A stretch of 64,000 bases of DNA from Camelus dromedarius (taxonomy: Eukaryota), in the NCBI RefSeq assembly GCF_036321535.1, contig NC_087436.1, forward strand, positions 13,516,001-13,580,000, given 5' to 3'. How positions within the stretch are numbered: position 1 is the first letter of the stretch; each line of letters opens with the position of its first letter. Of the stretch, positions 27,885 to 43,191 are shown one piece after another. Below the pieces are notes generated by a model, which made no database searches, was not told where the DNA came from, and worked only from the letters and a program-made list of their open reading frames with translations. Made by a program: the position numbers and the translations under genes.

Positions 27885-30655
27885 GGACTTCTGGTTTCAG
27901 CTCTGATATGTTAAAAGCTTGAAAGTCATCACTCCCATATTATGAGAAAAAAAGCTGAGCAAACTGAATGTCAGTGACTTTTCTTGGCCCTCTCAGAGAA
28001 TTTAGGTCACAGGAAAAACCACCATCCCCAAAGTCTGGAAGCACAGATGAATGCAGGGAGTCATAACCAAGCTCTGCTTATTGGGAGCAGAAGCTGCCAA
28101 AATCATAAACTGCAGGAAGCATTTAATGGGGAAGTTGGAAGAAACTTGGGAGAACTGCTGGAAGTGGAGTTCAGACTAGCATGAGAGTGAGAAACTGCTG
28201 GGGGCCACAGTCTTAGGGGCCCCCACGTGTTTTTGTAGGTTTCACCTCCAGGAATTCCACCAGTTCTTCTCATGGTAAACAGCCAAGAAAAACCCTTGTG
28301 TTTCTGACAGGATTAGAGGAAGAGTTTATCATTTTGAACTAGATCTGAAGTGTTCACCATAACAAAGACATACACAGCAGGGGAAAAGCTTTTATCAGGG
28401 CTTCATCAAATGTGGAGAAAGGGAAATTGCACACCTTCAGCCCCCTCTAGCCTTCCTGTCTCACCTGAGGGGAAAACAGAAAGTTCAGAACCACTTGGGA
28501 GGGTCATAGTACAAGGGAAGAACGAACTGAAAGAGCAGGACTTATGGGGAGGGTGTAGCTTAGCGGTAGAGTGCAGCGTTCAGCACGCCCAAGGTCCTGG
28601 GTTCAATCCCCAGTGCCCCCATCCAAAAATAATAATAAATAAATGAACATATTACCTCCCCCCAAAAAAATTTTTTTAAAAACTATTTTCAATGTCATAA
28701 AATAAATCTATTACATTTAAAAAAAAGAAGAAGAAGACCAAGACTTGGTCACAAAATGATGGAACACTCGCACTGCCCCTACCTTATCACCGCATCATCA
28801 AGTGTCCAGTGTAACAGGTGATTACAGATGAAAGCGTGGCAGGCTACACAAGAATGAGCTTTTTAGGGGAACCTAAAGGCAAAAACGGAGACACAAACAA
28901 GTCTACCAATGGAAATGAGAGACCTCTGACACATAGCAAACATCAAACACAGCTCAACTCTTGGCCAAATTAGCACAAAACCTCACAGTAAAAGTTCTGT
29001 TACCCAAAGAAGAACTTCAGTTCTCATTACCCAAAACATTATGCCTGCCTTTCAACCAAAAATTACAAGACGTACTAAAAGGAGATAAAAAAAAAAAAAA
29101 AAAACCACAGTCTGAAGAGACAAAGTAAATATCAAAACCAGGAATTTAAAATAACTGTGGTTAAGATACTAAGGAAGAAGAGATGGGTAATGTAAACAAA
29201 GGGGTGGAAACTCCAAGGGCAAAACTAAAAGCAATGCTAGGGGAGAAAGAAAAACGTAACAGAAATGAAGAATGCTTTTGATGGGCTCATCAACAGACTG
29301 GGCAAGGCTGAAGAAAGAATCAGTGAGCTTGAGGAGAATATCACTGGAAACTTCCCAAATTAAGATGCAGAGAAAAAAAAAGGGGGGAATGAAAAGAAAA
29401 AAAATCAGAGTATCTGAGAATTGTGGAATAATTCCAAAAGGTGCCACAAACATATTGGAATACCGAAAGGAGAAGAAAGAAATATAATGAAGCTGAAGAA
29501 ACATTTGAAGTAATAATGGCTATGAATTTTTTAAATTTAATGACAGACACCAAACCACAAACCTAAGAAACTCAGAGAAGAAGCAGGACGAATATCAAGA
29601 AATCCACACAATATTGTAAAATTATTATAAATCAATAAAAAATGTTAAAAAAAAAAAAGGAAGAAATCCATACCATGGCATAGTAAAGTCGCACTGCAGA
29701 AAGCCAAAGGCAAAAGGAAATCTTAAAAGCAGCCAGAAGTTTCTTATTCCCTGCCTATTAAGGAACAAGAATAAGAATTACATCAGATTTTTCTTCACAA
29801 ACTATACATGCAAAAAAAAATAGAGTACAATATTTAGAGTATTGAACAACAACAACAAAAAAAAAAACACCAATCGAGAATTCTATATGCAGAGAAATTA
29901 TCCTTTAAAAGTGAAAGAGAAATAAATACTTTATCAGACAAACAGAAAATGAAGGAAATGATTGTCAGTAGACATAACCTGCAAAAACTGTTCAAAGTTA
30001 TTCAGCAAGAAGGAAAAATGACATAGGTCAGAAACTCAGATCTACATAAAAAAAGGAAGAGTGTCGGAAAAGGAATAAATGAAGGCAAAAATAAAATATT
30101 GTATTTCTTATTCTTGATTTATCTAATGATAACTATTTGGCTCAGTGTAGTAATGGTAACAATGCATTGGGTGTCCTAGTATCTGGATAAGGGAAATGAA
30201 TGACAGCAATGTTATGAGACATAAGAGGGAGGACTTGGAATTACCCTGTCATAAGCTTTCTTACAGCTAGTGAAGCAGTGTAATGTAATTTGAGAGTGCA
30301 CTGGGATTTGTCATAAATGTGTGTTGCGAACTCTAGGGCAACCACTTAGGCAATTTTTAAAAGAGATGCAGTAGATATACTAAGAGAAGAGAGAAAACGG
30401 AATTATAAAATGGAGTTACAAGTATCTGAAACAACCTCATGGAAGGGAATTTGGGGGCAGGGACTGTTCCAGGTACCTTTGGAAATGAGCAACGTCTGTA
30501 AGACGAAGGCAGTGGGAACTGCACGTGACCACTGTACCCGAGTTGATAAGGTTGTTTCTTACAGTGATCTGGGTTAACAATTCTGCAACCACTATATATG
30601 TCATGCTGGGATGGAACAACTAAATAAATCAATGATCAATGGTGGAGGTGGGAAT
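27885..30655 (+). mobile_element. Old L1 (L1MC/MD-like): 5' end and ORF1 remnant joined to a 3' UTR piece
   Basis: A-rich degenerate ORF1 (gaaatcttaaaagcagccaga, gaaattatcctttaaaagtgaa); 30430-30650 resembles the L1 3' UTR at 51070-51290. Confidence 0.7.
28546..28730 (+). mobile_element. tRNA-derived SINE inserted in an old L1
   Basis: tRNA-like head, attacctcccccc motif, A-rich tail. Confidence 0.85.
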
Positions 30656-33600
30656 TTACAGATACAAAAGGTAGGGGAGTTATGAAAAAAAGTAGGAAGT
30701 GTACATGTAATAATATGTGTAAACAGCTTTGTATACTGAAGGTATTATTATTTACATATAATGTTTGTACCCTGAAGTTATTGTTTATTATACATGAAGT
30801 CTTATTACTTTCACGTTATTTCATGCATAATTTGGACCATGGACTTCAGAGATGACAGACTACTCCAAAAAGCTCAGAACTTTTTCAGATAGAGCTTTTA
30901 ACAAATTTGTCTATCTTCTGAAGCTCATTCATCTAGACAGTTCCTGTGTACTATGTACAGGAGCTGTGTACATCAGGGCAGTTCATCTAAAATACCTAAA
31001 GCAAAAGAAACAGGTGACTATGAAAATAAAGTTTAAAAATATAACATTAACTGCTCCCAAGGGATGCCCAAAAGTGTGGGTAGAAAGTGGAAAATTTTTT
31101 ATGTTTTGTTTGAGATCCTGCCAAATACCTGGATGTTTCCAAACACATAGTAACAGTTTTAGTGCAACAGAGACTGAGCATCTGGACATTTGAATTTTTC
31201 TCTTTCCAGCTGACTATCAGCTGGAAATATAAGTTGATATGGTGTAGACATGGGCAAAGCCTCAACGTTAAATTATTTCCAAATGCTTTTAACCGCATTT
31301 AATTAAAAATATAACTTCATTCAACACCGTCCTCTCCACCTTCTTTTATGTTTCCTACTTTTCGTATCTGCAGGAAATGAGGGAGGGGGCACCAAAAAAC
31401 AACCCTTCTACTGTCCTTCAAATCAATAGAAAGCCTGATGATACATACACAGAAATTGGACTTCACACACACACTGTTGACTTGCATCAATACACAAGCA
31501 AATAATTTGCCGCAAGTTGAAACATTGCTCTATTTAAATCAAACTTCCTGCCTATTAATAGCTGTAAAACACTAGCACATATTGCTGTACCAATAAAGCA
31601 TCTATTGAGTCTTTTTAAAATGGGGCAAGACACAAATACATACAAAGTTGCATACCTACTATCCACACATACCATGGCAGAATCAACAGTCTAAATTGAA
31701 TGGAATAGAAATATGGACCAAGTGAATTTCTAAGAGCCCTTCATATGCCAGGATTCTGTACTTTTACTTGTTCGAATTGTCCACACTTCCGTTTACTGAC
31801 TTTGCACGGATAGCAGCAATATTTTCTGGAGTCATTTATTCTCAGGATAATTTTCTGCTTACCTTTGAGCATCTCCCTCCGTGCCCACCCACACAAATAC
31901 ACACAGACACACTCGCCAATGGTTGCAGGCAAGTTGGGGATTTGCAGTGCAAAGAGAATGGGCATCACATAACTTTCTTTCTCTCTCCTTTTTTTCTTTC
32001 TTTCGCTTGGTGTGACCCATTCATCATTCTGTACAATTAGACAAATGAAGAGATATCTTTGTTTTGCCTTGATTAGCAGTTCTTCTCAGATTCATCATGT
32101 GCCTGGCCCCAAGAACAAACATGGTACCTTTGGGCAGCATTGTGTTTGTCATGAAATTCCTCCTGCCACGATATGTGGGTGGGGAGGCTGGGGTGATGTG
32201 ATCCAGATGCACGGGCTGCCCTCCGCCAGGAATGCAGATGTGTTTTATCCACACATGCCCAGATGGTGACCCCTCTGGCATCATTAATGTGTCCCAGCTG
32301 CCAACCTTTCTCCTCCGCAAGCTTGCAGCTCCATTTCACATATTTCATGTGTTTATTTATGAGGAACAACATTCCTGCATTTCATATGTGGCAGTTACTA
32401 TTAAAAATGAGAAGTTTTAACTGCTCTGGAAATTGATAAAGAATCTTTTAAATTGCTCTGAAATGTGGCCCTCATTTCAAAATGACTTCCCATACAATTA
32501 TTGAATTCATAATGTGAATTTCTGACCTTTCCCCTGGCATGTTGAGAAAATATGACATTGAGTACACATTTTACAGATAGTTAAGAAATTAAATATTTGC
32601 ATATACAACACAGTATAGGGACCTTTTTTTTTTTACTTTCCTTTATTTCTGATCTCCAAGGCCTATTTTTTAAAAGTAGCATGTCTATACATTTGAACAT
32701 TGTTATGTACTGTTAATGAAAGCCAGGCATCAAGTAAGAGAAATTTGGCATCTTCTAGAAATGGGTTGCAATTATAGACCTACAGGGAGAGAACTAGTTT
32801 TACAAAAAACCAATCATCGCTTCAAACTACAGTAAAGTGTACCTCCACCGATTAGAGGAAATGGATTAGTCTTCTAAACTTTGGCTTATAATCTAAAGTA
32901 TAAAATATAAGAGGATGGTCATTTCACTAAATTAAAATGAACTAAATCTTTTTATTTTTCAAAAAAATCAGCTTTTATGGGGTAAATGTAAAACTGAATC
33001 AAATTCTTAAAACAAAAGGATGAAAAATGCAAATGACAGATGATCAGATTTTGAAAGATGGAGTTTATGTCCATTTCCTTCTTTCATATCAGAAGTAATG
33101 AACAAAAGAAGCCAGAATCTATCATTTATCCTCTATAGCCATCTCCATGATGAGCTAGAGGAAATGAATGACCAAAATACTGAGGAGAATTTTTTAAGAG
33201 GCTACACACTCTTATTATCCACAGCAGAGTCACGGTTCTGATGCTGAGTGCTAAAGGAAACTGGGCATGAGTCCTGGTTATCTAGCCTGTGGTTTCTGGC
33301 CCTCATGAGAAACTATTCTGCTCCCTCAAGTAAAGCTTGTTTTTCCTATTTGGATATATACACATTTATCTCAATTTCAGAAATAAAGGTGCAAACTCAT
33401 TCATTACCTTTGACCACCCCCACAAAACAGTACAGAAGATTAAAGCAATGATCTGACGAATCCAGGCAGGAGTAAAGAATATTTATTCTTCTGTGGAAGT
33501 ACTGCTTGAAATTTAAAAACCAAAAAAGTAGGTGATAGGATATTTTTTTCCCAAACTCTCCAAATAGTTACTTCAGATTTACTCTGTGTGTATCTTTGTC

Positions 33601-35134
33601 TGAATGCATACGTATCATAACAGCTGTCGTGTTCCCTGAGAGGAGATTTAGAGCCACCCTAAGAAGACTTCAGATCCAGGCCATTCATGGGGATGAAGAA
33701 ATAAAAAGAATGAAAAGCCTGGGAAAATGTATCTTCTCGTTTGACATGGAAAGAAGAATGACTGTGGCCTGGCCTTTTTCATTTACACTTTGAAGTTCTA
33801 TCAGATAATTTCAGTTATTGACTTTGAGACTATTATCTCCAAGTTCTTATTAAAGGATCCAAAAACTTTTTTAAAGTAGACTCTTTTGTCTAAATCACCT
33901 CCTTTTATCACCAAGATGAAGCAAGTTAGCAAATGACATGTCTTTTTTATACTCAGGTGATAAACCTGTGACACACATGCTCTGAAAGCTCTTTCCACAT
34001 CACTGGCAGACATAATTAATTGATCATGATACTCTTTATCGATAAACCAGAACCCAGGCTCAGAATCTTCCTCAATAGAGCATTGCCAGGTGCCATGACC
34101 AATTAAAGTCCACACCTGAGACAAAACCTCTTTGCCATCCCCCTTGTATACTGGTGCTGAGCAAATATAGGTGGTCAGTCCAAATGTGATAAAACATAAA
34201 AGTCCAAAGGTTATTGCTATTATTTCAACCTATCTGCTTTTTACAAGTTGGTGAATAGCTGGTATTAGGCCTGATCTATAGAGTAGAAGTGTCACTATGG
34301 CAACTGTATCAAGTCATTGACCCACAGCCCATCAGCGCAGTCTGTCCTGCTTCCTGCCATGTGGGATTGAGGCCAGACAACTTAAAGGACCCTCTGAAGG
34401 CTACCTGGACTCATGTCAGTGGTACAGGCCACAAGGGGTGATGCACAGAGGGACAGGAAAGGGTCTAATCTACAACTTGGGCTGCTTGGAAAAGGCACCA
34501 GTAATTGGACAGAAAAGACCAGAAGCAAACCGGTGGGTTGCAGATCTGATCATCAGGAGCAAGATAACTCCACAGCTGGGATAAGAGGCTTAACGCTGAG
34601 GAGTGCGCTGGGACAGCAGGCAGGAGACCTCCCAGATGCTGCTCTGACTCCACTTCCGCCTTTGCCGTCACCGTGATTTGCACACGTGCCGGGATAGTAA
34701 CAACAGCCCCTTGGCATCCAGTACTGTTTCCAGAGCGCTTTCCCAGCTGTGATCTCACTTGTTCCCCACCTCGGTCAGCCCAGGGAAGCAGGCACTGCGG
34801 TCCCCAATTTTAACAACTCAAGTGAGGCTCGTTAGTCCATAATCACATTGCTATTGCAGCCTAAAGTTGCTTTCATCTGAAGTATCCAGAGGAAGGAGGT
34901 GATGGAAGATGGGTGTTTTGGATTACTTCCCACCCGAGTGTCCAGATAATGACGCCGACCCGCTCCATAGCTACGCATGCACAGAACAGCTTGCAGTTGG
35001 GTGGGGAGCCAGTTGCATGTTCCAGACAGGATTGTGAAGGTGGCTTCCCCCAGCGTAGCTTCTGAATTGTTTACTAGTAGGTGTGCCATCTAGACCCTCA
35101 GTCATTGAAGGAGACTTTCTGTTCATCTCTCTGA

Positions 35135-35344
<210 letters not shown>

Positions 35345-38199
35345 TAAAAATTATATTTAGTTCCCATTTTCCTGATGGAGAGGAGGGTGTGACACTCCTT
35401 TGACCCTTAAGAGCAAAACTGGTGAGAGATCAGCTATACTGCTGTGAGTTCACAGAGAACATTTAACGGTGATTCAGACATGCCTGTAAAATCTATGACT
35501 TCAGATACTAGCTTGTGAAGGCCAGGAGAAAGAGAAGTGAAACTATTGTTTAAATTCTCTGGAGCAGTATTTGCACATTAATCTTTGAGCTCAGCATTTT
35601 ATGCGATCCCACTCTAAGTCGAGTCACACGCGTTTTATAATAAAGCAAGAGTCAGAAGTTTGTACTTCTAACAATGAGGTATGTATTTTATGTCTGATAA
35701 ATCATGAGTAATGGACAACTTATTACTTTCAGAATAAATGTGGTTTTAATATTCCAATGCTCACTTTAATTACCATTGCCAACCTCTTGAAATTTATGTA
35801 ATTCCATCAGATCATCCACAAATCTTTCCAAAGTGCTTATAATCTCATAAAGTGTCCACAAGTTTGTTCTTATTCTCCTGGTTCTGGAGACTAGATCTGA
35901 ATCCAATCCACATGAAACTGATGAGCTAAAGAGAAAATATGGAGCGTTAAATGCATGTTAGACAATGTCAAGTTTTGATCTATGATGGAGAGTAAATTCT
36001 AAGCTCTGTGAAATAGTTTTATGATTATTTAGCCATTGGGATGTTTGTTTCTAATCCTCTAGAAAAATGGGAGAGACAAACATCAACTGTTTCTTCTACT
36101 TTAGAGAAGGAAAATCTGTTCAGCGAGAGAAATCAAATACATGTAATGAGAAAGAGTGACATTCAAATAAATGAATTCAAGCTTATGAGTATTTTAATTT
36201 AACACCACTTAGGCAAGAGCTTTAGGGTGATTTTAGGAGACTTTCTAAACTGGCCAGTTTGGGGTTTTATACAGCCTTTGTAGGGCCTGGTTTACTCCTC
36301 AGTAAATGGGCATATGGTACCCCTTCTCCTTCTTACAAAATGCTGTCAGTTACTTAAGACTGTGAGAGCGATCTAAGTTTTGGATGAATTGAAATGCACT
36401 TGTTTTCATCCCCTGGATGTAATCCATATTCTATTTCAGTGAAAACGGTTCACTTTCCTACTGTATAATGAATTACCTAAGCTAAACACAGTATTTCTGT
36501 GCCCGTGAAGAGGAACTCCATTCCCCAGAATACCCAAATGCTGCCTCCTGACACATCATGGCTCCTCCGTCTCAGGTGGCCAGGGTCTCATGCCCTCTGC
36601 TTCTCGTGTTCTCAGTGCTCCCACCTCAGGTCCTTCCTGCCTGTGCTGCTCTGAGCCTGGCACAGTGTGAGAGCCAAGACACTGCTACTATTTAAGAGGT
36701 AACAATGGGAGAGGCTCATCGGGGCTCCATTTCTTCTAGAAAAGCAGTCTGGATAAGGAAGTTCCTGTTTATGAGAGGCAGTACGCCCTAAGGACTTTGT
36801 ATATCTTTGCTTAATCATCATCTTATTGGTAAGTCACATCTTAGCTACTTTCCATTGGGAAGTGGAGGATGTCACGACGAGGGAGGAAAGCTGGTAGGAG
36901 CAAACTAGCAGGGTGTAGAATCTGGCAGACCCAAGAGGAGCCGTCTCCGAGACCAGCGCAGTTAAAACACTGGCTGTTCCTCTCGCAGACTGGACCAAGA
37001 CCCCTCTGTGGGAGACAGTAACTGAGAATGGGAAGTGGGTTTCCTCTCTACTGCAGTCGGGTTGACTGTCAACAATATCCAGGCTCAAAAACAGGCCACA
37101 GGCCAGCCACAAAGAGCTGGGATTGATCACATCAATTCCAACCCCAAGCCAACTTCCCTTTGGGGAGGCTGCTCTGAAGCACAGGCACAATTTCTAATCT
37201 GGCGTATCTGCCGCCCAGTGTCATCTGAGTAGCAAGGAAGTTCTGGCCTCTAGGGCTCTACAAACTCACACCATCAATAAGCAGGAAGGTTTGGGAAGGA
37301 GGGGCAGATATGGAAGACACAGCATCCGTAACAGTGAGATGACATATTGAGCAGTGAATGTGTCAGGCCTTTTAAACATTAATACATTTTTTCATCTAAT
37401 CTTCAGGACTGCTTTAGGAGCTGGCGTTACCCTCCTCACTCCATAAAGGAGACAATCATAGGAAGACGTGCTAAGTAGGGTGGCCAAGCTCGCACAAGCC
37501 GTAAGCAAGGGAGCCCAGCATCAAGCCACAGACTGGAAGGCAAAGCCCCTGCCCCCAACAGTGTGCTGTGGCTTAATTACATCAACAAACTGCTTTGCAC
37601 AGAGAAACCCTGCAGTTTAAACCATTATTAGTCAGACACACCTCTGATGCTGGAGCAACCTTGAGAGGGACCCCCCCATGCAGAGAGTATGTGTGGAGTT
37701 CAAGGTCAGCACTCCAGTGTGGGCCGGTGTTGCCAGGGTTGGAGGGAGACCTCAGAGCCACCACTTTTTAGCACACTGACCTCTGCCTTTATGTCACTGC
37801 ACTGAACAATGGTTTACAGCGCTCAGCACTGGCCAATCATTAGGACCAATGGCCCAAGGAGTCACTGTGGCAGAAAGAACCCAAAGGCCTTCTCTGACCC
37901 CCTTTGGAGATGACATGGCCTCATGGCGATTTGAGACACCTTGTGCAGCCCGTGTGAGTTTCCTGCTCCATGTAACTCCCCATGGCAGACCCCTCCCACA
38001 CGGCAGGATTACACCCACAGGGGGAGGTGCTGTCTAGATAACCCTTGTATGTCAGTAGCCTGAAGTGGGGAAAGTGTTTCACCATAGAAATAATGTAAAT
38101 GACAAATCATTTACCAGGCAAGCCCATAAACCCCCCCATTTAAACCATAATGTTTCACAAGATCCCTTCTGACTAGAATTCAGTGAAGCAGAATGTCTT

Positions 38200-38952
38200 T
38201 TAAATAGCCCTGGCCCCAGCTCACACCCACTTCAGCCATCCAGGCAAGGCAACTCTGCCACAGCACACCCTGGAAAATCCCAGTGCATGCCCACTTGGGC
38301 CCCAGTTAGCCTGCCAACGCCACCCAGCACACAGGGGCACCACTATACAAGACCACACCTTCAAGACTGGGAGGTAGCCGTTAATTCATGGAAATAAACA
38401 CAAAAAGTCAAACAAAACGAGACAAAGGAATTTGTTCAAAAGGACAGAACAAGATAGAACTCCAGAAAAAAAAAAAAAATGAAACAGAGACAAGTCGCTT
38501 ACTTGATAAAGAGCTCAGTGACAGTCACAAAGATTTTCACAAACCTTGGGAGAAGAATGAAGGGAACACAGTGAGAGCCTCAACAAATAGTTAGGAGAGA
38601 TAAAAGAGAACCAGTCAGAGCTGGAGAAGACAATAACTGAAGTGGAAGATACACTAGAGGGAATCAATAGCAGATTAGATGATACAGAAGAATGGATCAG
38701 TGACCAGGAATATAGAAGAGTGGAAATCACATAATCAGAACAACAAAAAGAGAAAAAAGAATTAAAAAAAATTAGGTTACATTAAGGGATCTCTGGGACA
38801 ACATCAAGCATTACTAACATTCATATCACAGGAATCCCGATGGAGAAGAGAGAGACAAAGGGACAGAAAGCATCTTTGAAGAAATAATGACTGAAAAATA
38901 CCCTAGCCTAGGGAAGGAAAGATTTTCAGATCCAGGAACCACAGAGAATCTC
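38200..38952 (+). mobile_element. L1 ORF1 N-terminal / coiled-coil remnant
   Basis: ctctgggacaacatcaagc (LWDNIK), ggaatcccga and cagatccaggaa ORF1 motifs. Confidence 0.8.
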
Positions 38953-40990
38953 ATATTCTTGTATATTAATTTTATATCCTGCAAGTTGACTGGATTCATT
39001 TATTGGTTCTAGTTGTTTTTTGCTGGAGTCTTTAGAACTTTCTATATAGAGTATCATATCATCTGCAAATAGTGACAGTTGTGTTTCTTTCCTTGCAATT
39101 TGGATGACTTGTTTCTTTGTATTGTCTAATTGTTGTGGCCCAGACTTCCAATACTATGTTGAATAAGTGGCAAGAGTTTGCATCCTTGTCTCGTTCGTGA
39201 TCCTAGAAGAGAAGTGTTCAGCTTTTCACCATTGAGTATGGCATTAGCTGTTGGTTTGTTATAAATGGTCTTTATTATGTTGAGGTATGTTCCCTCTATA
39301 CCCTCTTTGTTGAGAGATTTTATCATAAATGGATGTTGAGTTTTGTCAGATCCTTTTTCTGAATCTGTTGAGATATCATGTGATTTTTATCCTTTGTTTT
39401 GTTCATGTGGTGTATCATATTGATTGATTTGTGGATGTGGGACAATCCTTGCATCCCTGGAATAAATCCTACTTGATCATGATGTTGAGGATATTTGCCC
39501 CTATGTTCATTAGGGATATTGGCCTGTAATTTTCTCTTGTTTTGTAGTGTCTTTGTCTCATTTGGGTATCAGGGTAATATAGGCCTTGTAGATTGAGTTT
39601 GGGAGTGTTCCCTCCTCTTCAGTTCTTTCAAATAGTTTGAGAAGAATAAGTAGTAACTCTTATTTAAATGTTTGGTAGAACTCCCTGTGAAGCCATCTGG
39701 TCCTGGACTTTCCTTGGAAGTTTTTGATTACTGATACTAGTAATTGATCTAGTCAGATTTTCTATTTCTTCGTGATTCAGTCTTGGAAGACTGTATGTTT
39801 CTAGCAGTTGTCCATTGCTTCTAGGTTGTCTAACTTGTTGGCATGTAATTGTTTGTAGTAGTCTCTTATGATTGCTTGTATGTTTGTGGTATCCATTGTA
39901 ACTTCTCCTCTTTTATTTCTGATTTTATATGGGCCCTCTCATTTTTCTTGATGAGACTGGCTGAAGGTTCATCAATTTTTTTTTTATCTTTTCAAAGAAA
40001 CAGCTCTTAGTTTTGTTGCTCTTTGCTATTTTTTAGGTCTCTGCTTCCACTTTCATCTTTATTATCTCCATTCTACTAACTTTGGGCTTTGTCTGTTCTT
40101 CTTTTTCTAGTTCCTTTAGGTATAAAATTAGGTTGTTAATTTGAAATTTTTTTGTTATTTCTTGAGGAAGGCATGTATTGCTATGAACTTCCCTCTTAAA
40201 GCTGATTTTGCTGAGTCCCACAAATTTTGGATCTTTGTGTTTCCATTTTCATTTGTCTCCAAGTATTTTTTTTATTTCCTCTTTGATTTCTTTGTTGATC
40301 TGTTGGCTGTTTAGTAGCATGCTATTTAGTCTCCATGTGTTTATGTTTTTCCAGTTTTCTTCTTGTATTGATGTCTACTTTTATACTGCTGTGATCAAAA
40401 AAGATGCTTGATATGACTTCTATTTTCTTAAGTTTACCGACACTGGTTTTGTGACCTAGAATGTGATATATCCTGGAGAATGTTCCTTGTGCATTTGAAA
40501 AGAATGTGTATTCTTCAGTTGTTGGATACAAATTTCTATATATACCCATTAAGTACATTTGATCTGATGTATCATTTAAGGCCAGTGTTTTCCATATTGA
40601 TTTTCCGTCTGGATGATCTATCTGTTGATGTAAGTGGAGTATTAAAGTCCCCTGCTTTTACTATATGGCTGTCAGAGTCTCCCTTTATGCCTGTTAATAT
40701 TTGCTTTATGTATTTAGGTGCTCCTGTGTTGGGTGTATAAATATTCACAAATGTTATATCCTTGTCTTGGATAGATCCTTTTATCATTTTGTGATGCCCT
40801 TCTTTGTCTTTTGTTTTAGTCTTTGTTTTAAAGTCATTTTGTCTGATATGTGTGCTGCTACTCTAGCTTTCTTTTAGTTTCTATTTGCATGAAATATCTT
40901 TTTCCACCTTTTCACTTTCAGTTTGTGGTTCATGAGGTTCCTATATGGACCTATTCACATAAGTGTTTGTTTTAAGCTGATAACCCTAAC
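38953..40990 (-). mobile_element. Inverted L1 inter-ORF + ORF2 endonuclease-to-RT remnant
   Basis: ORF-track peptides GDFNTPL, YTFFS.AQGTFSRI.HILGHK and TRQGC.L.P on the minus strand. Confidence 0.9.
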
Positions 40991-40991
40991 C

Positions 40992-43189
40992 CATACCTTA
41001 ATTTAAAATATTTCATTGCTAAAAAATTTATAGCCATCATCTGAGCCTTCATTGAATGGAATGGTCTTGCCTCAATGTTGATGGCTGCTGACTGATCAGC
41101 GTGGTGGTTGCTAAAGGTTGAGGTGGGTGTGGAAATTCCTTAAAATAAGTCAACAATAAAGTTTGCTGCATGCATTGACTCTTCTTTTCATGAATATTCT
41201 CTGTAGCATACAATGCTATTTGATAGCATTTTACCCACAGTAGAACTTCTTTCAAAATTAGAGTCAATCTTCTCACACTCCACCACTGCTTTATCAACTA
41301 AGTTTATGTAATATTCTAAATCCTTTGTTGTCATTTCAGCAGTCTTCACAACATCTTTACCAGGAGTAGTTTCCACCTCAAGAAACCACTTTCTTTGCTC
41401 ATCCGTAGGAAGCAATGCCTCATCCTTTTGAATTTTATCATGAGGCTGCAGCAAGTAATTCACTTCTTCAGGCTCCACTTCTAATTCTAGTTCTTTTGCT
41501 ATTTCCACCACATCTGCTGTTCCATCCTCCACTGAAGGCTTGAACCCCTCAAAGTCATCCATAAGGACGGGAATCAACTTCTTCCAAACTCCTGTCAATG
41601 TTGATATTTTGATCTCTTCCCATGAATCACAAATGTTCCTAATGACATCTAGAATGGGGAATCCTTTCCAGAAAGTTTTCAATTGACTTTGCCCAGGTCC
41701 ACCAGAGAAATCACTATTTACAACAGCCATAGCTCATGAAATGTACTTCTTTAAATAATAAGACTTGAAAGTTGTAATTGGTTGATCCATGAGCTGCAGA
41801 ATGGATGTTGTGTTAGTAGGCATAAAAACATTCATCTCGTCCATCTCCATCAGAGCTCTTGGGTAACCAGGTGCATTGTCAATGAGCAGTAATATTTTGA
41901 AAGGAGTCTCTTTTTCTGAGTAGTAATTCTCAACAGTGAGCTTAAAGTATTCAGTAAACCCTGTTGTTAATCGATGCGCTCTAATCCAGTCTGTTGTTCC
42001 ATTTATAGAGCAGAAGCAGAGTAGACTGAGCATAATTCTTCAGGACCCTAGAATTTTCAGGATGGTAAATGAGCATTGGCTTCAACATAAAGTCACCAGC
42101 TGCAATAGCCCCTAACAAGAGAGTCAGTCTGTCCTTTGAAGCTTTGAAGCGAGGCATTGACTTCTCCTCTCTAGCTATGAAAGCCTTAGATGGCATCTTC
42201 CAATAGAAGGCTGTTTTGTCTATATTAAAAATCTGCTATTCAGTGCAGCTATCTTCGTGAGTGATCTGAGCTAGATCTTCTGGATAACTTGGCTGCAGCT
42301 TCTACATTAGCACTTGCTGCTTCACCTTGTACTTTTGTGGAAACAGTGTCTTTCCTTAAACCTCATGAATCAACCTCTGCTAACTTCAAACTTTTCTTCT
42401 GCAGCTTCCTCACCTCTCTCAGCCTTCACAGAATCAAAGACAGTTAGGGTCTTGCCCTGAATTAGGCTTTGGCTTAAGAGAATGTTGTGGCTGGTTTGAT
42501 CCTCTATCCAGACCACTCAAACTTCCTCCACATCAGCAATAAGGCTGTTTCACTTTCATTGGTGTGTTCACTGGAGCGACACTTTTCATTTCTTTCTAGC
42601 ACTTTTCATTTGCATTCACAGCGTGGCTCACTGTTTGACACAAGAGGCATAGCTTTCAGCCTGTCTCAGATTTCAGCATACCTTTCTCACCAAGCTTCAT
42701 CATTTCTAGTTTCTGATTTCCAGTGAGAGCCATGTGACTCTTCCTCTCACTTGAACACTTGTAGAGTTATTAGTCAACCTAATTTCAGTATTACTGTGTC
42801 TCAGGGAATAGAGAGGCTGGAGGAGAAGGGGCTAGAGATGGGGGAATGGCCGGTCTGGTCAGGAGCAGTCAGAACACACCCAGCATTTATGGGTAAGTTT
42901 GCTGTCTTACATGGATGTGGTTTGTGGCGCCCCAAAACTATTACAATCAAAACATCAAAGATCACTGATCACAGATCACCATAACAAGTGTAATAATAAT
43001 GAAAAAGTTTGAAATATCATGAGAATGACCAAAATGTGACACAGAGACATGATGTGAGCAATACTGCTGGGGAAAATGGCGCCTCTAGGCTTGTTCAATG
43101 CAGGGTTGTCGCAAACCTTCAATTTGTAAAAAAAACACAGTATCTGTGATGTGCAGTCAAGCCAAGTGCAATAAAACGAGGTCTGCCTA
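40992..43189 (-). mobile_element. Tigger1 (TcMar-Tigger/pogo) DNA transposon, degenerate transposase, 3' end missing
   Basis: Terminus aggcagacctcgttttattgc; DDE transposase fragments ([40 protein letters not shown]). Confidence 0.92.
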
Positions 43190-43191
43190 TA

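Noticed and set aside
41049..42196. Transposase ORFs as a domesticated TIGD-like gene
   Set aside because: Broken by frameshifts and stops; an ordinary decayed Tigger1
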